A stretch of DNA of 64,000 nt from Octopus vulgaris (Eukaryota). Positions 1 through 13,383 of this stretch are shown here, one piece after another. Below the pieces are notes generated by a model. It was not told the DNA's origin. It did no database searches and was given only the letters and a program-made list of their open reading frames with translations. Numbering within the stretch: the stretch's first letter is position 1; every line of letters begins with the position of its first letter. A program made the position numbers and the translations under genes. The stretch lies in the NCBI GenBank assembly GCA_951406725.2, contig OX597819.1:130324001-130388000 (forward strand). The letters run 5' to 3'.

Positions 1-650
1 ACACTAACAAGGTGAAGTGTTAAACGCTGGAGAAAAAAAGCTTTGTCAAGAGACAGACAAGTGTGCGTGTTATAGTTACAAACTGAACGACAAGAAAAAG
101 AATTACATTTAGGAATAGAGATCTATAATTATTGAGGACAGAATTTCAGTTAGAAATAGAGAAATATAAATATTGTAGTATGCATAAAGTGGTGGCTTAC
201 ATTCGGGGCTTCCAATTTCTCTGTAAAATATAGAATAGTCGCAAAATCATCGCACATGTCACCATCGTTTACAAACACCGGTGGAAGATAAAAGTTCCAG
301 AGGACATTCTTGTTCTTTCGTTTGTACAAGGATCGTATTATGTTTCGGCTTAAAATAAAACATAGATACAAATATAATGTATAGAAATATATAAAAACCA
401 GAAAAGAATATAAACGTCTTAGGCATATAAAATGAGATAACATGAGATATCAAGGTGTTATAAACTTGAAACCTACCAGAATATCATAGATTATATATAT
501 CAAGTCATCCAATCAGTTCTGTCCAATTTTACCTTTTTTTAGATTTGAATGAAATTTAATAGTATTTTCAAATGTCTAATTCAATTAAAAATTATTGTTA
601 TGCATTTGTGTACGTTTAAACTAATTCAATATTGTTTTACAAAATAAGAG

Positions 651-1959
651 AGGGTGTCCACAAAGTCTGCGTACATGGGGATTAACACATACTTTAAAAA
701 CAAACCAATTTTATTTAATTATAATGTTAATAAATAATATTTTCAAAGTGATTTCCATCATTTTTCAATGCATAACTTGATGCGCCTTGCAAAATTCAGG
801 TGAACTTGATTAAATAAGTCTACATTGCCATCAATTTCAGTACACTGACTGGTAATGCGTTCTCTCGTGTGTTTTAAATCTGTAATCTTTATTGTTATCT
901 TTCTCTTTCAATATACCCCAGAAAAAGAAATCAAGGGGAGAAAGGTCTGGTGAACGAGGGGACCTTTCCATATGAGCCCTTCTTCCAATCCAGTGAAGAA
1001 AAGTGTCATTAAGCCAATCCCTAACAGTTATGGCAAAATGGCTAGGGGCCCCATCCTGCTGAAACCAATTCGGAAGGCACTCAATTTGAGATATTAATTA
1101 GTCTCTCAATATGTTTACATAAGTCTCATCAGTCACATGTTCAATGAAGAAGGGTCCTAGAACATGAGCTTTTCACAAACTACACCATCACCTTTTTGCT
1201 ACCTTGCTGTTTGGATGGATCCATCCAATGTGGATTACCTCGAGACCAGTATAGAAGATTCTGTCTGTTGACCTCACCATTTACATAAAACGTAGCTTTG
1301 TCACTGAACGACAAAGTTTTTCGTAAAATTGATATTTTCATCCAATTTATCTGAAAACCATTCGCACGTCTATATTCGTCTATCAGGGTCGTCTTCATTT
1401 AAGTAATGCAATATCTGTAGATTGTATCGATGAAACTTTTCCTCAACCAGCATTTTGTGGATGGTTGGTTTTGGAACACCTAACACTGTGGATATCCGAC
1501 GAAGTGATTTCTTTCGGCTAGCAGAAACTTTAGCTATGACAGCCTCTTTCGTTTCATCTGAAGTCTTTGGTCGCCCGGAACGGGGTTTATCCAAAACACT
1601 GCCTGTTTCTTTAAATTTCTTGATCAATTTCCCGACGGCAGTAAAAAAATAGGTTACCTATAAGGGTGTCGAAGATTAAATTCTTCCGCACTTTTGCGAT
1701 AAGACCATCCCTCTCGTCCACTTAATAATACTAACTCGATTCTTTCTTCTTTAGACAGATCCATCATTCGATCTGGGATTCTCTCTACTTCAGACAGAGT
1801 CATCATTCGATCATCTGTAGAAAACATAACAAATAGATTTAGAAAAGTAAAGTATTTTTTTAATTTAATTTAAACAAAAGTAAAAAAGGAAAATTATTAT
1901 TTCTCATATTTGTTTATGTTATGATTTTATTCCATGTACCCAGACTTCGTGGACACCCT
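651..1959 (-). mobile_element. IS630-Tc1-mariner element (maT/DD37D-like motifs), full length, degenerate
   Basis: 28-bp TIRs agggtgtccacaaagtctgcgtacatgg (651-678) and ccatgtacccagacttcgtggacaccct (1932-1959), 2 mismatches, enclosing a transposase remnant. Confidence 0.9.
728..1767 (-). pseudogene. Transposase pseudogene of the nested element
   Basis: MDLSKEERIELV, KKFKETGSVLDKPRSGRP, FSDKATFYVNGEVNRQN, WFQQDGAPSH and PRSPDLSPLDFFFWG read across stops and frameshifts. Confidence 0.9.
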
Positions 1960-1988
1960 AAAATTGCTTTGATTAAAACCCTTTCAAC

Positions 1989-2982
1989 ATGGAAGTATCC
2001 AAGGGGCATTTAAGGCACATATAATTCTTTATGAGTACAATAAAGGTAACTCTGCAGCCGAAGTGACTCGAAACATACACTCAGTTTATGGGAAAGTGCT
2101 TGAATGAAAGAACTTGCAGGAGATCGTTTACAGAATTGAAGATGAAGATCGAATAGGATGTCCAGTTGAGTTTGATAATAAGCTCCTTGAGGCATTACTT
2201 GAAAAAAATCCGTCATTAGCAGTTGAAGAATTGGCAATAAAGCTTACTTCAAACCATACAACAGTTCATCGTCATCTTCAACAACGTGGAAAGATTCCTA
2301 AACTTGGAAAATAGGTGCCTCATGTATTATCCGAAAGCAACCGCAAATCCCGAGTTGACATCTGCTCTTCTCTCCATTCTCGCAAACTCATTTCACCCTT
2401 TTTCGATAGACTTGAGACGAAAAATGGATTTTCTATCGAAATGTTAAACGTAAACAGTGGCTTGGTAAAAGGGAAAATGCTCAACCACAACCGAGAAGGG
2501 AACTTCATGGGAAAAAGGTTCTACTATATCTGGTGCGATTGCAAAGGCGTAATTCGCTCTATATTATTACCACCTAATGCAACAATCAATGCTCAAGTCT
2601 ACTGTCAGCAATTAGAGCGTTTGAACCAAGCTTTGAAGGAAAAAAGTGCCGCTTTAGTGAGTCGAAAACGAGTGACGTTTCATCAGGACAATGCGCAACC
2701 CCACACTGAAAAGATCACATCACAGAAGATCGAAGAGGTCGGTTTGGAAAAATTTCTTCATCCAACTTATTCTCCCGACCTTACTCCTTCAGGATACCAT
2801 TTGTTTCATAGTTTACAGAATTATTAGGGGGGACACAACTTTCGCAAGCCATAGGGAAGTCGAACCTGACATTTCAGAGTTCTTCGCTTTGAAACTAAGA
2901 GTTTTACATGGATGGGATTAAAAAGCTTGTAAATAGATGGAAGTAAGTCATAGATAATCAGGGAAAGTACATTGATGATTAA
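1989..2982 (+). pseudogene. Mariner transposase pseudogene
   Basis: MEVSKGHLRH..YEYNKGNSAAE, KLGK*VPHVL (WVPHEL motif), FHQDNAQPH and HPTYSPDLTPSGYHLF (YSPDL motif), with frameshifts. Confidence 0.92.
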
Positions 2983-3244
2983 CTTTTAATTATATATAAC
3001 ATTTGATCACTTAGTTTCTTTATCCAAAATTCGGACAGAACTTATGGGATGACCTGAGATGTATACACCGGCGAAAATATATTTAAGACCGACGATAAAA
3101 GTTCTATTTCTTACAAAATATTTTGTTACTAACACCATACAAATCATTTATATCTTTTACACCTTATGCAAAATTTATTTCTCTTTCGAATGATGCAAAC
3201 AATTTTTATACAACTTGAAGAATTATAATGCTAAATTGATATAT

Positions 3245-3410
3245 ATTTCTTCACTGCCCACAAGGGGCTAAACATAGAGGGGACAAACAACGACAGACAA
3301 ACGGATTGAGTCGATTACATCGACCCCAGTGCGTAACTGGTACTTAATTTATCGACCCCCGAAAGGCAAAGTCGACCTCGGCGGAATTTGAACTCAGAAC
3401 GTAGCGGCAA
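3245..3410 (-). mobile_element. tRNA-derived SINE family A, 5'-truncated
   Basis: Matches the many in-window copies: B-box gagttcaaattcc, core gaggtcgactttgcctttc..ggggtcgataaattaagtaccag, tail gtccttgtttgtcccctctatgtttagccccttgtggg. Confidence 0.85.
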
Positions 3411-3499
3411 CAAGAAAATTGAGATGTAGCACATGAGGTATTATTCCATACGAATATACACATATTTATGTTAAGAGTTTCATGATAAAAATATAGAAA

Positions 3500-4068
3500 T
3501 ATTGGGTTTTTCGGAAAGTTCGTGCCGATTTATAGTAAATTATCCTTCGACTTATTTTAGAACATGTTTGAGTCCATAAAATAGGATTGGCTACACCTCC
3601 ATTTAGAGCACAGTTTAAGCTACATTTTCGTCGAAGAAGGTTTATGTTCCTATAACCTGTGTTAATTCTGTAACCCTTTAAAATAAAAGATGAGAAAGTT
3701 TATTTTCGGCACTTGATGCTTTGGGAACCAGACAAAAATTGCTGCAGCTCAGCTGCTATATGTTACTCCCACCCTCCCAATTTCTCAGATATTACTCCTT
3801 CGGATTTCCACTTATTCAGATCCCTGCAGAAAAGTCTTAATGGTAAAAGTTTCAATTCCTTAGATGACGTAAAAAAATACCTTGACGAATTCTTTGCCTT
3901 GAAACCACCCCAATTCTGGGAAGAGGGTATTTTCAAGGTAAAGGAAAGATGGAGACGTATTGTGCAACGAAATGATTCAGATTTGTTTCATTAAAAATGT
4001 AATAGCAAGTATTTAGTGACCTTTACTTTCCTTTAAAAATCGGAACGAACTTTCCAGACAACCCAATA
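3500..4068 (+). mobile_element. Internally deleted mariner (non-autonomous)
   Basis: TIRs tattgggtttttcggaaagttcgtgccgattt / aaatcggaacgaactttccagacaacccaata. A few N-terminal codons are fused to a C-terminal HPPNFSDITPSDFHLFRSLQ...ERWRRIV segment (ORF 3713-3994). Confidence 0.88.
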
Positions 4069-4089
4069 TAAACATAACAATGAAATACG

Positions 4090-4894
4090 AATATAAACAT
4101 GAAAAATAAAAACCTAAATTGGAAGAGGCGATTAAAATTTTTTTCCTAACCTGCAGCCGTTTCAGAAAAGTCGTTGTGCGAAGTATTCGAAATTCAGCCC
4201 TCCTTCCTCAGGGTTCCTTTCTCGAGGTAAAATCCAACAAAAAGCAGTAAGGCACTACATGGTGAGTATTCAGTTGGTGAAAGTTCAGTCTTTGAATATC
4301 GAAGATTTTCTGAAGTTTTTCAAGAGGATTACCACGTTTAAATAAGAAATGAAATTCACTGAAAGGTTAACTTTAGATTATCATGCAAATAATGGCCAAT
4401 GGTATAGCGACAGGAACACAGCAACGGGAACAAAGCTTCAAAAAATTTCACCAATAAATTGATACAAAAATTGGTAAAAAAAATTTCACAATTTTTGGAG
4501 GTGGGATACGCCCCCAAAATACTGCATACAATCTTCCGGCCACCTGTACTCCAGGTCAACCAAATGGTAGCAGGAACACAGCAACAGGAACACAAAGATA
4601 ATAAAGTTCAAAAATTTTGGAGGTGAGATACGCCCCCACCCAACTTACTTCTCACCGTTAAGTGAGATATTCATGCCCAACTGCAGGCAGACAAATGCCC
4701 GGAATCCAGTGAGGATTTCTTGCTTGGAAAGAAAAAATACACAACAATCAACAAACCTCCACTGAATCCCCAAAAAAACAAAAGTCGTACCTTGCAGTTG
4801 AGCTTCATTTAGTTCGCCACGCTGCAAACCAGCGTCGTCACTTTCAGTGCAAAGAAAACCACTGACAACAACGCATGCGCGGAAGAAAGCTTCT
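4090..4894 (-). mobile_element. Non-coding, probably Penelope-type element with a degenerate hammerhead motif near its 3' end and internal direct repeats
   Basis: Minus strand reads aaccCTGAGGA...ttttctGAAACggctgcaggtt (4148-4217). Internal repeats aggaacacagcaac and ggaggtg(g/a)gatacgccccca occur at ~4410-4516 and ~4571-4638. Confidence 0.5.
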
Positions 4895-6333
4895 TTATTT
4901 CTTCTTTTTTCTTTTAAATTGCCATAAAGGCATTACACAGATGGGGACACTACAACACATGTGGGGACATATAAGAATTAGAAATATAAAAACATTAAAA
5001 AACGATATAATGAATGACACATGAAAATGAGCATGAAAAACAAATTAAAATATAACATGTATGATATCTGAAAATGATATTATGAAGAGTGTGCTATTCA
5101 CCCCACACTGAATAACACCACTCGCCGCCTCTGGGTCCTAAGTCCTTTATCTCCTTCAGTCTAATCCTTTTTCCCCTTTCTCCATCACTTAGTGACATCA
5201 TTCTCTCTGCCATGCATTCGTAACCTTTATCACCGGGGGGGAGTCTTCTAAATTTTGGGCTTCTTCTTCTTGTGGGGAAATGTGGTGGGTGGGTTTGGTG
5301 TCTGTATGGGGAGGGTGGGTCTGAGTGGTCTTGGGTGGGATGGAGTGGGACTGGGGTACCACATCATACTCAGTGTTTTCCCTTTTTCTCTTTCTCCTTC
5401 TGCTCTCTGTAACTTTCCATCCTCCTTCCCTTTTCCCCCTTTCCTCCGTCTGTCTTCTCTTCCTCTCTTTTCTCTTCCGTCTCCACAACTGTATTCTCAG
5501 CCATTGTCCTCTGTAGTGGGCCGTTTGCTCTAATGTGGCCCTTTTGGCCACATTTAAAACAACGTGGTACTCTGTCCTCTATCCACACCCCCAGCACGAT
5601 TTTCCCCAACGTCACCGTCTCTGCCAAGTTCTCCAGTTGACCCAACTCCGTCTGAATAATGAGTTCAAGTGTCTTTCCTTTCCACCCTCCTTCTTCCGTT
5701 TCTGTGGCTTGGAGGACAGCAACCTTCTCCTCGCTTCCAACAAGGACAGCTGCCACTAACCAATCCAATTCTATATCCGGTGGAATTGCTTCTACCCTCA
5801 CCTTGGAAGTCTTTCTTCCAAGGTATGTGAGCAGAAGCACTATTTCCTCTGTTTTCACCGCCACATTCGCCAGCCTCCTTCCCTCCTCTACTGTCCTAAA
5901 ATGGACGACCATTGTCCCATGTCTTCTTCCTTTGGTCATGTACGTTATCTCTATTGATCGTTCTATCGGCGGCTTTGCCACTTTTGCCTCCACCTGTTCT
6001 GCCTGTTTTCCTTTCAACTAGTACACCTTATATGTGATCGTTTTCTTCGCCGTCAACTCCATAATTCCTTTGGGGAGCAACAACTTCACGTCGTCGCCCA
6101 CCTTCTGAGCCAACTTCTCATACTCCTTCAGACCAGCCAAGTCCAGCTCCCTTCGCTTCACTTCCGTGGCTTCAGGAAAACTCCTTGTCTTCAACACTCC
6201 GTCCATGTTTATGACCGGCCTTACCAGCTCCGACGACGACGACAACTCAGATCCGTTAAGGTCTGAGTACATCTTCTAAGCAACAAAAAAGACTACGTCC
6301 GACTCTTACAAAATTCAGACAGCAAATTATCCG
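4895..6333 (-). mobile_element. ORF1-only L1/Tx1-like retroelement (HAL1-like) with A-rich tail, flanked by 24-bp direct repeats
   Basis: Gag-like ORF, 3' UTR and tail aaaagaaaaaagaagaaataa. Flanks acgcatgcgcggaag(a/g)aagcttct at 4871-4894 and 6334-6357. No RT or endonuclease sequence seen. Confidence 0.7.
5198..6272 (-). pseudogene. L1/Tx1 ORF1 (gag-like, CCHC zinc knuckle) pseudogene
   Basis: ORFs 6272-6018 and 6017-5370 are in frame, separated by one TAG. Knuckle CFKCGQKGHIRANG has lost its last Cys. A frameshifted low-complexity C-terminus probably continues in ORF 5551-5198. Confidence 0.75.
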
Positions 6334-6359
6334 ACGCATGCGCGGAAGGAAGCTTCTAA

Positions 6360-6760
6360 CCATACATAGATGTATGCATGTATGTATGTATGTGTATGTA
6401 TGTATGTGTATGTATGTACTATGTACATGTGTGCGCGTGTACGTTTGTGTCTATACGTATGTATGTATGCATGTATGTATGTATGTATGTCTGCATGCAA
6501 GTATGTATGTGCGTGTATATGTGTAAGTATGAATGTATGTATGTAACTACTACGTACGTATGTATGTATATGTGTATGTATGTATGTATGTATGTATGTC
6601 TGCATGCAAGTATGTATGTGTGTGTATATGTGTAAGTATGAATGTATGTCTGTAAGTACTGCGTACGTATGTATGTATATGTGTGTGTGTGTATGTATGT
6701 ATGTATGTATGTATGTATGTATGTATGTATGTATGTATGTATGTATGCATATGTGTATAA
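6360..6760. repeat. Compound (TATG)n microsatellite with a ~110-bp higher-order duplication
   Basis: gtctgcatgcaagtatgtatgtg...gtgtaagtatgaatgtatgt occurs twice (~6489 and ~6598). Confidence 0.9.
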
Positions 6761-7430
6761 ATGTGGATGAATACAAATATGTATAATGGCGTATAGATGC
6801 AGCAACGCATCTTGAGGGATGCGTGAGTGTGCGCTTGCGTGAATTCGAAGGAGACAAGAAGGGAAGAAAGAGAGAGCCAAAGATTCACTGTATGTGCGCG
6901 GGTGAGCGCGTGTGTCTGTGTAAATTCGCGCCTGGAAGTTTATGTAGAAAGTACACCCTACCTCAATATACCTGACAGTTTGAGTTTGACAATATGAATG
7001 CAGATGCATCTACGAGAGAACAGAAGTCGCAGCAAATGTCTCTACGTCTTTCTATATAAATATGGCTGACTGTGCTCGTAAGATTGCGCCGGCGTTACAT
7101 GCGTTTGCCTTTGATTATATCTACATTGTCTATAAATGTGTATATATGCGTGTTTGTGGGTATACGTGCGTGTGTGTGTATGTGTATGTGCGCGTAAACG
7201 TTTCAATTTGATTACAACAAATCCAACGTGACAGTGTATGTCAATAACTTGAAAACTTCCGTGTTTATTGTTTATATAAATATGAGTGTACATTTGTGTG
7301 CTTGTGTGTGTGTGCGCGAGAGTATATATAAGCGTATATATAACCACACACAAACACATACACGCACACGCATAAATATTTATGCACACACACGCATACA
7401 CGCACACACACATACACATATATATATATG

Positions 7431-7468
<38 letters not shown>

Positions 7469-7493
7469 CATATATATATGTATATATATATAT

Positions 7494-7545
<52 letters not shown>

Positions 7546-7657
7546 TGAGAGACAGAGAGAGAGATTTATGCATACATATATTTATATATGTATATATACA
7601 ACTGCGGAGCATCAGCATGGCCGCACCTCTGAGCTGAAACTAGAGAGAGAAAACATG

Positions 7658-7692
<35 letters not shown>

Positions 7693-8149
7693 CATGCATG
7701 CATGTATGTATGTATTATGTATGTATGTATGTATGTATGTATGTATGTATGTATGTATGTATGTATGTATGTATGTATGTATGTATGTATGTATGTATGT
7801 ATGTATGTATGTATGTCTGGATGTATGTATGTATGCGCTCTTCCTTGGAAGGAGTAAATGAAGTCTACTTCAGCCAAGGTGGTATTGAAAAGATATTACA
7901 TAAAGCAAAAGCAGGGAGGATTCATTTGTTTATATGAATGATGAGACTACAGCCTTTTCCACAGAATGTGTTGTCCTGTGTGATCACACTTGATAACGAC
8001 TTTCTCCCGAAGCTGTTGTAATGTCATTCATCTACCAAAATTTCACAAGATTTTGTGTGACTCGAGATTATAAAGGAATTTACTCGAGGCGCCGCTCAAA
8101 GAAATCGCGGGTATCCAAACCAATTACTGGCATGCACTGTGGAAAAGTG

Positions 8150-8355
8150 GTATACGCCGGGTGAAATGCTTTGCCGTATTTCGTCCACCGCTGAGTTCAA
8201 ATTCCGCCGAGGTCGACTTTGCCTTTCATCCTTTCGGGGTCGATAAATTAAGTACCAGTTACGCACTGAGGTTGATGTAATCGACTTAATCCGTTTGTCT
8301 GTCCTTGTTTGTCCCCTCTGTGTTCAGCCCCTTGTGTGTAGTAAAGAAATAGGTA
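8150..8355 (+). mobile_element. SINE family A, followed by a degenerate family B fragment to ~8490
   Basis: Core and tail match the family and end aaagaaataggtat. Confidence 0.85.
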
Positions 8356-8799
8356 TGGCTGTGTATAGTTAAGGAGCTCGCTTGGAAACATGTGGTTTTG
8401 CTTACTGAGATCCACTTGTTCGACTCAACTTTTCACTGCAGTGCTCCAGTATGGCCGCAGTCCAATAACTGAAGCAAGAAAAAGAGCAGAGATATGAATT
8501 GCCAGCAATTGTATCAATACAAACACGAGCAAGATTGGTGTCTCTTATTCACAGCATTTTTTCAAGGAGTTGTAAGACACTGGTTCTTTCTCTAAATATA
8601 TATAGTAAGAATTCCCACGAGGAGCCAGTAATGACCAGGTGGATTTAGGCGAGATGATCTCCCGTCCGTTCCAAATAGAACCCTTGTGGAACAAACAAAG
8701 GGTTTCGTGTGCAAAGCCAGCCTAAATGTTAATCTGTCAAACGTACACAGGCGTGGCTCTGTGGTTAAGAATCACATCTACATGATTTTACATCTACAT

Positions 8800-9077
<278 letters not shown>

Positions 9078-9477
9078 GTGTGTGTGCGTTTGTGTGTCTG
9101 GCTGTGTATGTCAATGTGTATGTTTGCGTTTGATTACGAGTCAATAACGTAAATTTCGGTAAAAAGCGGAGAACAGAATTTGTACTAGACTTGAAAATAT
9201 ACATTAGGGTGGATTTAATAGACTAGAAATTCGAAGGTGGTGCCCCAGCATGGCCCAGGCCAATGACAGAAGCAACTGAAAAAATACAAGAATAAAAGAA
9301 TATATGTATTTATATAGGTATGTAGGTATGTAACGGTATGTGTCTGGCCGTGTGTATGTGTGTGTATTAACGTGTGGTGAGTAATAATGATAAAGAGGGA
9401 GGGAAACAGGTGGTTTTTATTCACTTCTAATTAGGAATGACTTCAAAAGGCAGAAAAATAAACAGCAATAACGAGAC

Positions 9478-9749
9478 ATCATAATCATAATCATAATCAT
9501 TATGATCGTCATTGTTGTCATAGCGATCGTCTTTATCTGCATCGCCGTCGTCATCACCACTGTTGTTTTCATCGTAATTACTGCTGCATTCGTTGTTGCC
9601 ATTGTTCTCATCGACGGTGTCATCATCATCATCATCACCAACACCATCATAACCAACACCATCGTCATCATCATCATCATCATCGTCGTCGTCGTCGTCG
9701 TCGTCATCATCATCACCATCATCACCATCATCATTACCATCATCAACAC

Positions 9750-9793
<44 letters not shown>

Positions 9794-9849
9794 CCATCAT
9801 CATCAAACACCATCATCACCAACATCATCATCACCAACATCATCATCTT

Positions 9850-9881
<32 letters not shown>

Positions 9882-10195
9882 TCATCATCGTCATCACCAA
9901 CACCATCATAACCAACACCATCATCATTATCACCATCATTTAAGAAGAAGAAAATGAAGATGATGATGATGATGATGATGATCCGAGGCAAGGGCAACAG
10001 CCACGACGCATCAACAGTGCCATCAAGAGTGCTGTGGTGGCGGTGGTGGTGGTTTGTGGTGGCGGTGGAGGCGACTGTGGTTGCTTGTGGTGGTTGTGGC
10101 GTTGGTTGTGGCTGTGGTGGTGGTGATGGTCGTAGTCGTCGTCGTCGTCGTCATCGTCATCGCCATCGTCATCGTCCTCCTTATCATCATCATAA
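9478..10195. repeat. Compound trinucleotide block (CAT/CGT/CAC, then GAT, GGT, CGT)
   Basis: Direct reading; accounts for the poly-D/H/M/I ORFs. Confidence 0.95.
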
Positions 10196-10883
10196 CATGA
10201 TCTTCCCGGTGGTCATCTCTGACAACAACCGATGACTTAACGCAGTTGCAATTAGATGCTTAGTTAGCAGAGCTGTTAGCGCTCTGGGCAAAACGTTTTC
10301 TGTCCAGTACTTTTTCCCTGTCTGAGTTCAAATCCCGCTGGGTTCAATTTTATTTTCCATCCTTTTTGGATCGATAGAAAAGTAAGAATACAGGACGGTG
10401 GGTTGACAGAACTATTTCGCTGTTCGGAGAGATGCCTCGCTACAGCAGTCCCCGTTGTTTGTGCCCTGACAGGAACGTCTGTAAGGACACAAAAGCCAGG
10501 TTATATCGACCCATGTCGGCGGGCTTTCCCTTGGAAAAATATTTGTAGCGCAGACAGAAAATACGCCCAGGCAACTGGCAATCTTTCTCAAAATCTTGCA
10601 CAGTCCTACATATACATGCACCGATTCAGAGCCATCTTCGATTATCAATAGCGCTATAATATATGCGTGTGTGTATGTGTGTGTGTGTCCGTCCATATAT
10701 ATACACTCACTGACATACATATGCGGGTGAGTGTGTAAATGTATACACACACACACACATATACACACATGTATAGCGCCTCCGTAAATCGAAGTTGTCT
10801 ATGAATATATACAACAGTTTGATTCGACTCCATGCAAAAATGCAAATCAAACCCAATAGGTTCGTAGAACGCGTGCCCAAGTA

Positions 10884-10917
<34 letters not shown>

Positions 10918-11285
10918 CACACACACACACACACATCAGTAAAGTGCTATCGCAAGCAAACCGAAGCCGTTGCCCACGTGAGTGTGTCGCCATAGACATC
11001 TCGTCCTAGGACTACGTCCCAGGAATTCTGAACGATGACTGATGTCCTCTACCAAATTGATGACATCAACTGACCTTCGTTGACCAACAGCTACCCAATA
11101 CCCAGAAGCTGTCTTGGTTTCTTCTCCATTCGATTCTGCGAGTTGAAGGATTTAGGTTCGTTTCGCGAAGCTGTAACCTTAAGTTGCATGAAACTCAATC
11201 AAATTGTCATTATAAATATAACACCTACCAAATGCATTGAGATTGAGTGCCATTATGTTTCGCTTGTCCTTTCAGCCGAAATGTG

Positions 11286-11316
<31 letters not shown>

Positions 11317-11340
11317 ATATGTATATATATATATCTATAT

Positions 11341-11435
<95 letters not shown>

Positions 11436-11571
11436 CATATACATATAAGAGGGATGACCACTACCACTACATGGACATCCATTATGCTAGACCACTGGTT
11501 TTAAATTGATATTGATCAAATAAAATATTCAATTTTTACCCTTATTATTTTAAATTTATATATATATATAC

Positions 11572-11628
<57 letters not shown>

Positions 11629-11761
11629 TTTTTTTTTTCTTCGCTTTTTTTTTCCTTTTAATCCTTTCTGTCGAAGAGTATAGGTTCTTCTCGAGCGTTA
11701 AGCTAACACACCTGTTGTTCCTTCATCTGTCATCGCCTTTTGTTTTCTCTAAATTTCAACT

Positions 11762-11814
<53 letters not shown>

Positions 11815-12134
11815 ACGTGTTGACAGTATAACACATATGTACTCTACAAAAGAGATTGTGTAATCTTTCATTTTAATGTAAAATTGTTATTAATATATAT
11901 GTGTGTGTGTGTGTGTGTATGTATATAGATATATATATATACATACATATATAAAACAAACATTAATCCATATATATATATACATATATACAACAAAAAT
12001 AAATAAAAAATAACAAAAACAGTAATATGTGTATTCTTGTGATTGCTCTTTTCCGATAGCCATAGGACAGCGCTAATCCAATTAATTATTAAAGGATTCA
12101 AACCGTTCTCATAGTATTTTTTACAGATTAAATA

Positions 12135-12712
12135 TAGGGTGTCCATAAAGACTCTTTACAATTTTAAAATTTTGTTACAAAGGCAGTTGACAAGATATCT
12201 GAACCAGATTTGTTTTATTGTAATAATTGTTTATTAAAGTTTCTTTAACTGTTATTTAATAGAACTCAATATGGGTACCATTAGTTGCACGAAGCACATC
12301 AAGACGGTACTTGATTTCTTGCCATGTTCGCTGTAGGATAGCCTCATCAACTGTGGCAATGGCATTACGAATCATTTGCTTCAATTCAGCAATGTCCCGT
12401 AGCTTTGTTTGATACACGATATATTTTACATAACACCATAAAATGATGTCCAAGGGAGTGATATCTGGCGAACGCGGTGACCATGGAATTGGCCCATCCC
12501 TTTCAATCCATCGGTCTGGAAATGTTTGATTGACGAACTGATTCAGTGAATCAGTTCTCTTCCAGCAAGAGAGTATCTGCAACACAAAAATTTAATATCA
12601 ATTAAAACTTTAATAAACAGTTATTAAAATAAAATAAATCTGGTTAAAATATCTCATCAACTGCCTTTGTAATAATTTTTTTAAATTGTAAAGAGATTTT
12701 ATGGACACCCTG
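12135..12712 (-). mobile_element. Internally deleted Tc1/maT-like element with long TIRs
   Basis: Imperfect TIRs over 100 bp, (c/t)agggtgtccataaa...tttatggacaccctg, with TA flanks. Transposase C-terminus FPDRWI...WSPRSPDITPLDIILWCYVK (ORF 12256-12585). Confidence 0.9.
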
Positions 12713-13002
12713 TATATCCACAACTATATCACCCAACGCTATATTGCAATATTGCATATTTCTGATGGACATGGTAATTTTTGTGAGATTTGGCTTTTGG
12801 TTCTTGTACGTCAGTCAGCCATATTGAGACGCCATCTTTGTATTGTCAATGCGACAACAGATTAGATTTGCGGTCGCTGACATGTGACAAACCACATGAA
12901 ACAACACATATTTGCCAGTCGCTGTTATTATCAGATACTTCACCATATTTAAACACGATCATTGATCGACGTCTTATTGATTTTCGGTACTATCTATGCC
13001 TG

Positions 13003-13057
<55 letters not shown>

Positions 13058-13191
13058 CATGCATACATACATTGTAAAGTGTATATATATATATAAACGC
13101 GCGCGCACTCATACAAGCACACCTAAATACATGAATAGAAATATGTTTTCATATGTATTTATAGACAGATAAATAGATAGATAAGTGTATA

Positions 13192-13232
<41 letters not shown>

Positions 13233-13254
13233 ATAGATAGATAGGTGTATATAG

Positions 13255-13294
<40 letters not shown>

Positions 13295-13344
13295 GTATGT
13301 ATATATATATATATATATACATATACATACACACACATACACAC

Positions 13345-13383
<39 letters not shown>

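Larger units (their letters stand above)
500..3057 (+). mobile_element. Degenerate full-length mariner element, interrupted by a nested Tc1/maT-like element
   Basis: TIRs tcaagtcatccaatcagttctgtccaatttt (500-530) and aaaattcggacagaacttatgggatgacctga (~3026-3057), with TA at 498-499. Length is about 1.25 kb once the nested insert is removed. Confidence 0.9.

Noticed and set aside
140-480. Possible hammerhead-bearing terminal repeat (minus-strand gccgaaac)
   Set aside because: No recognisable CTGANGA or supporting stems.
9417-10235. Poly-Asp/His/Met ORFs resembling an acidic or His-rich protein
   Set aside because: Open in several frames on both strands because of (CAT)n; no supported splice structure.
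10390-11150. Possible host exon(s) in complex sequence (also 23970-24630, 59660-59970, 60640-60890)
   Set aside because: Short ORFs with no recognisable homology or convincing splice sites; cannot be supported without RNA-seq or a database search.
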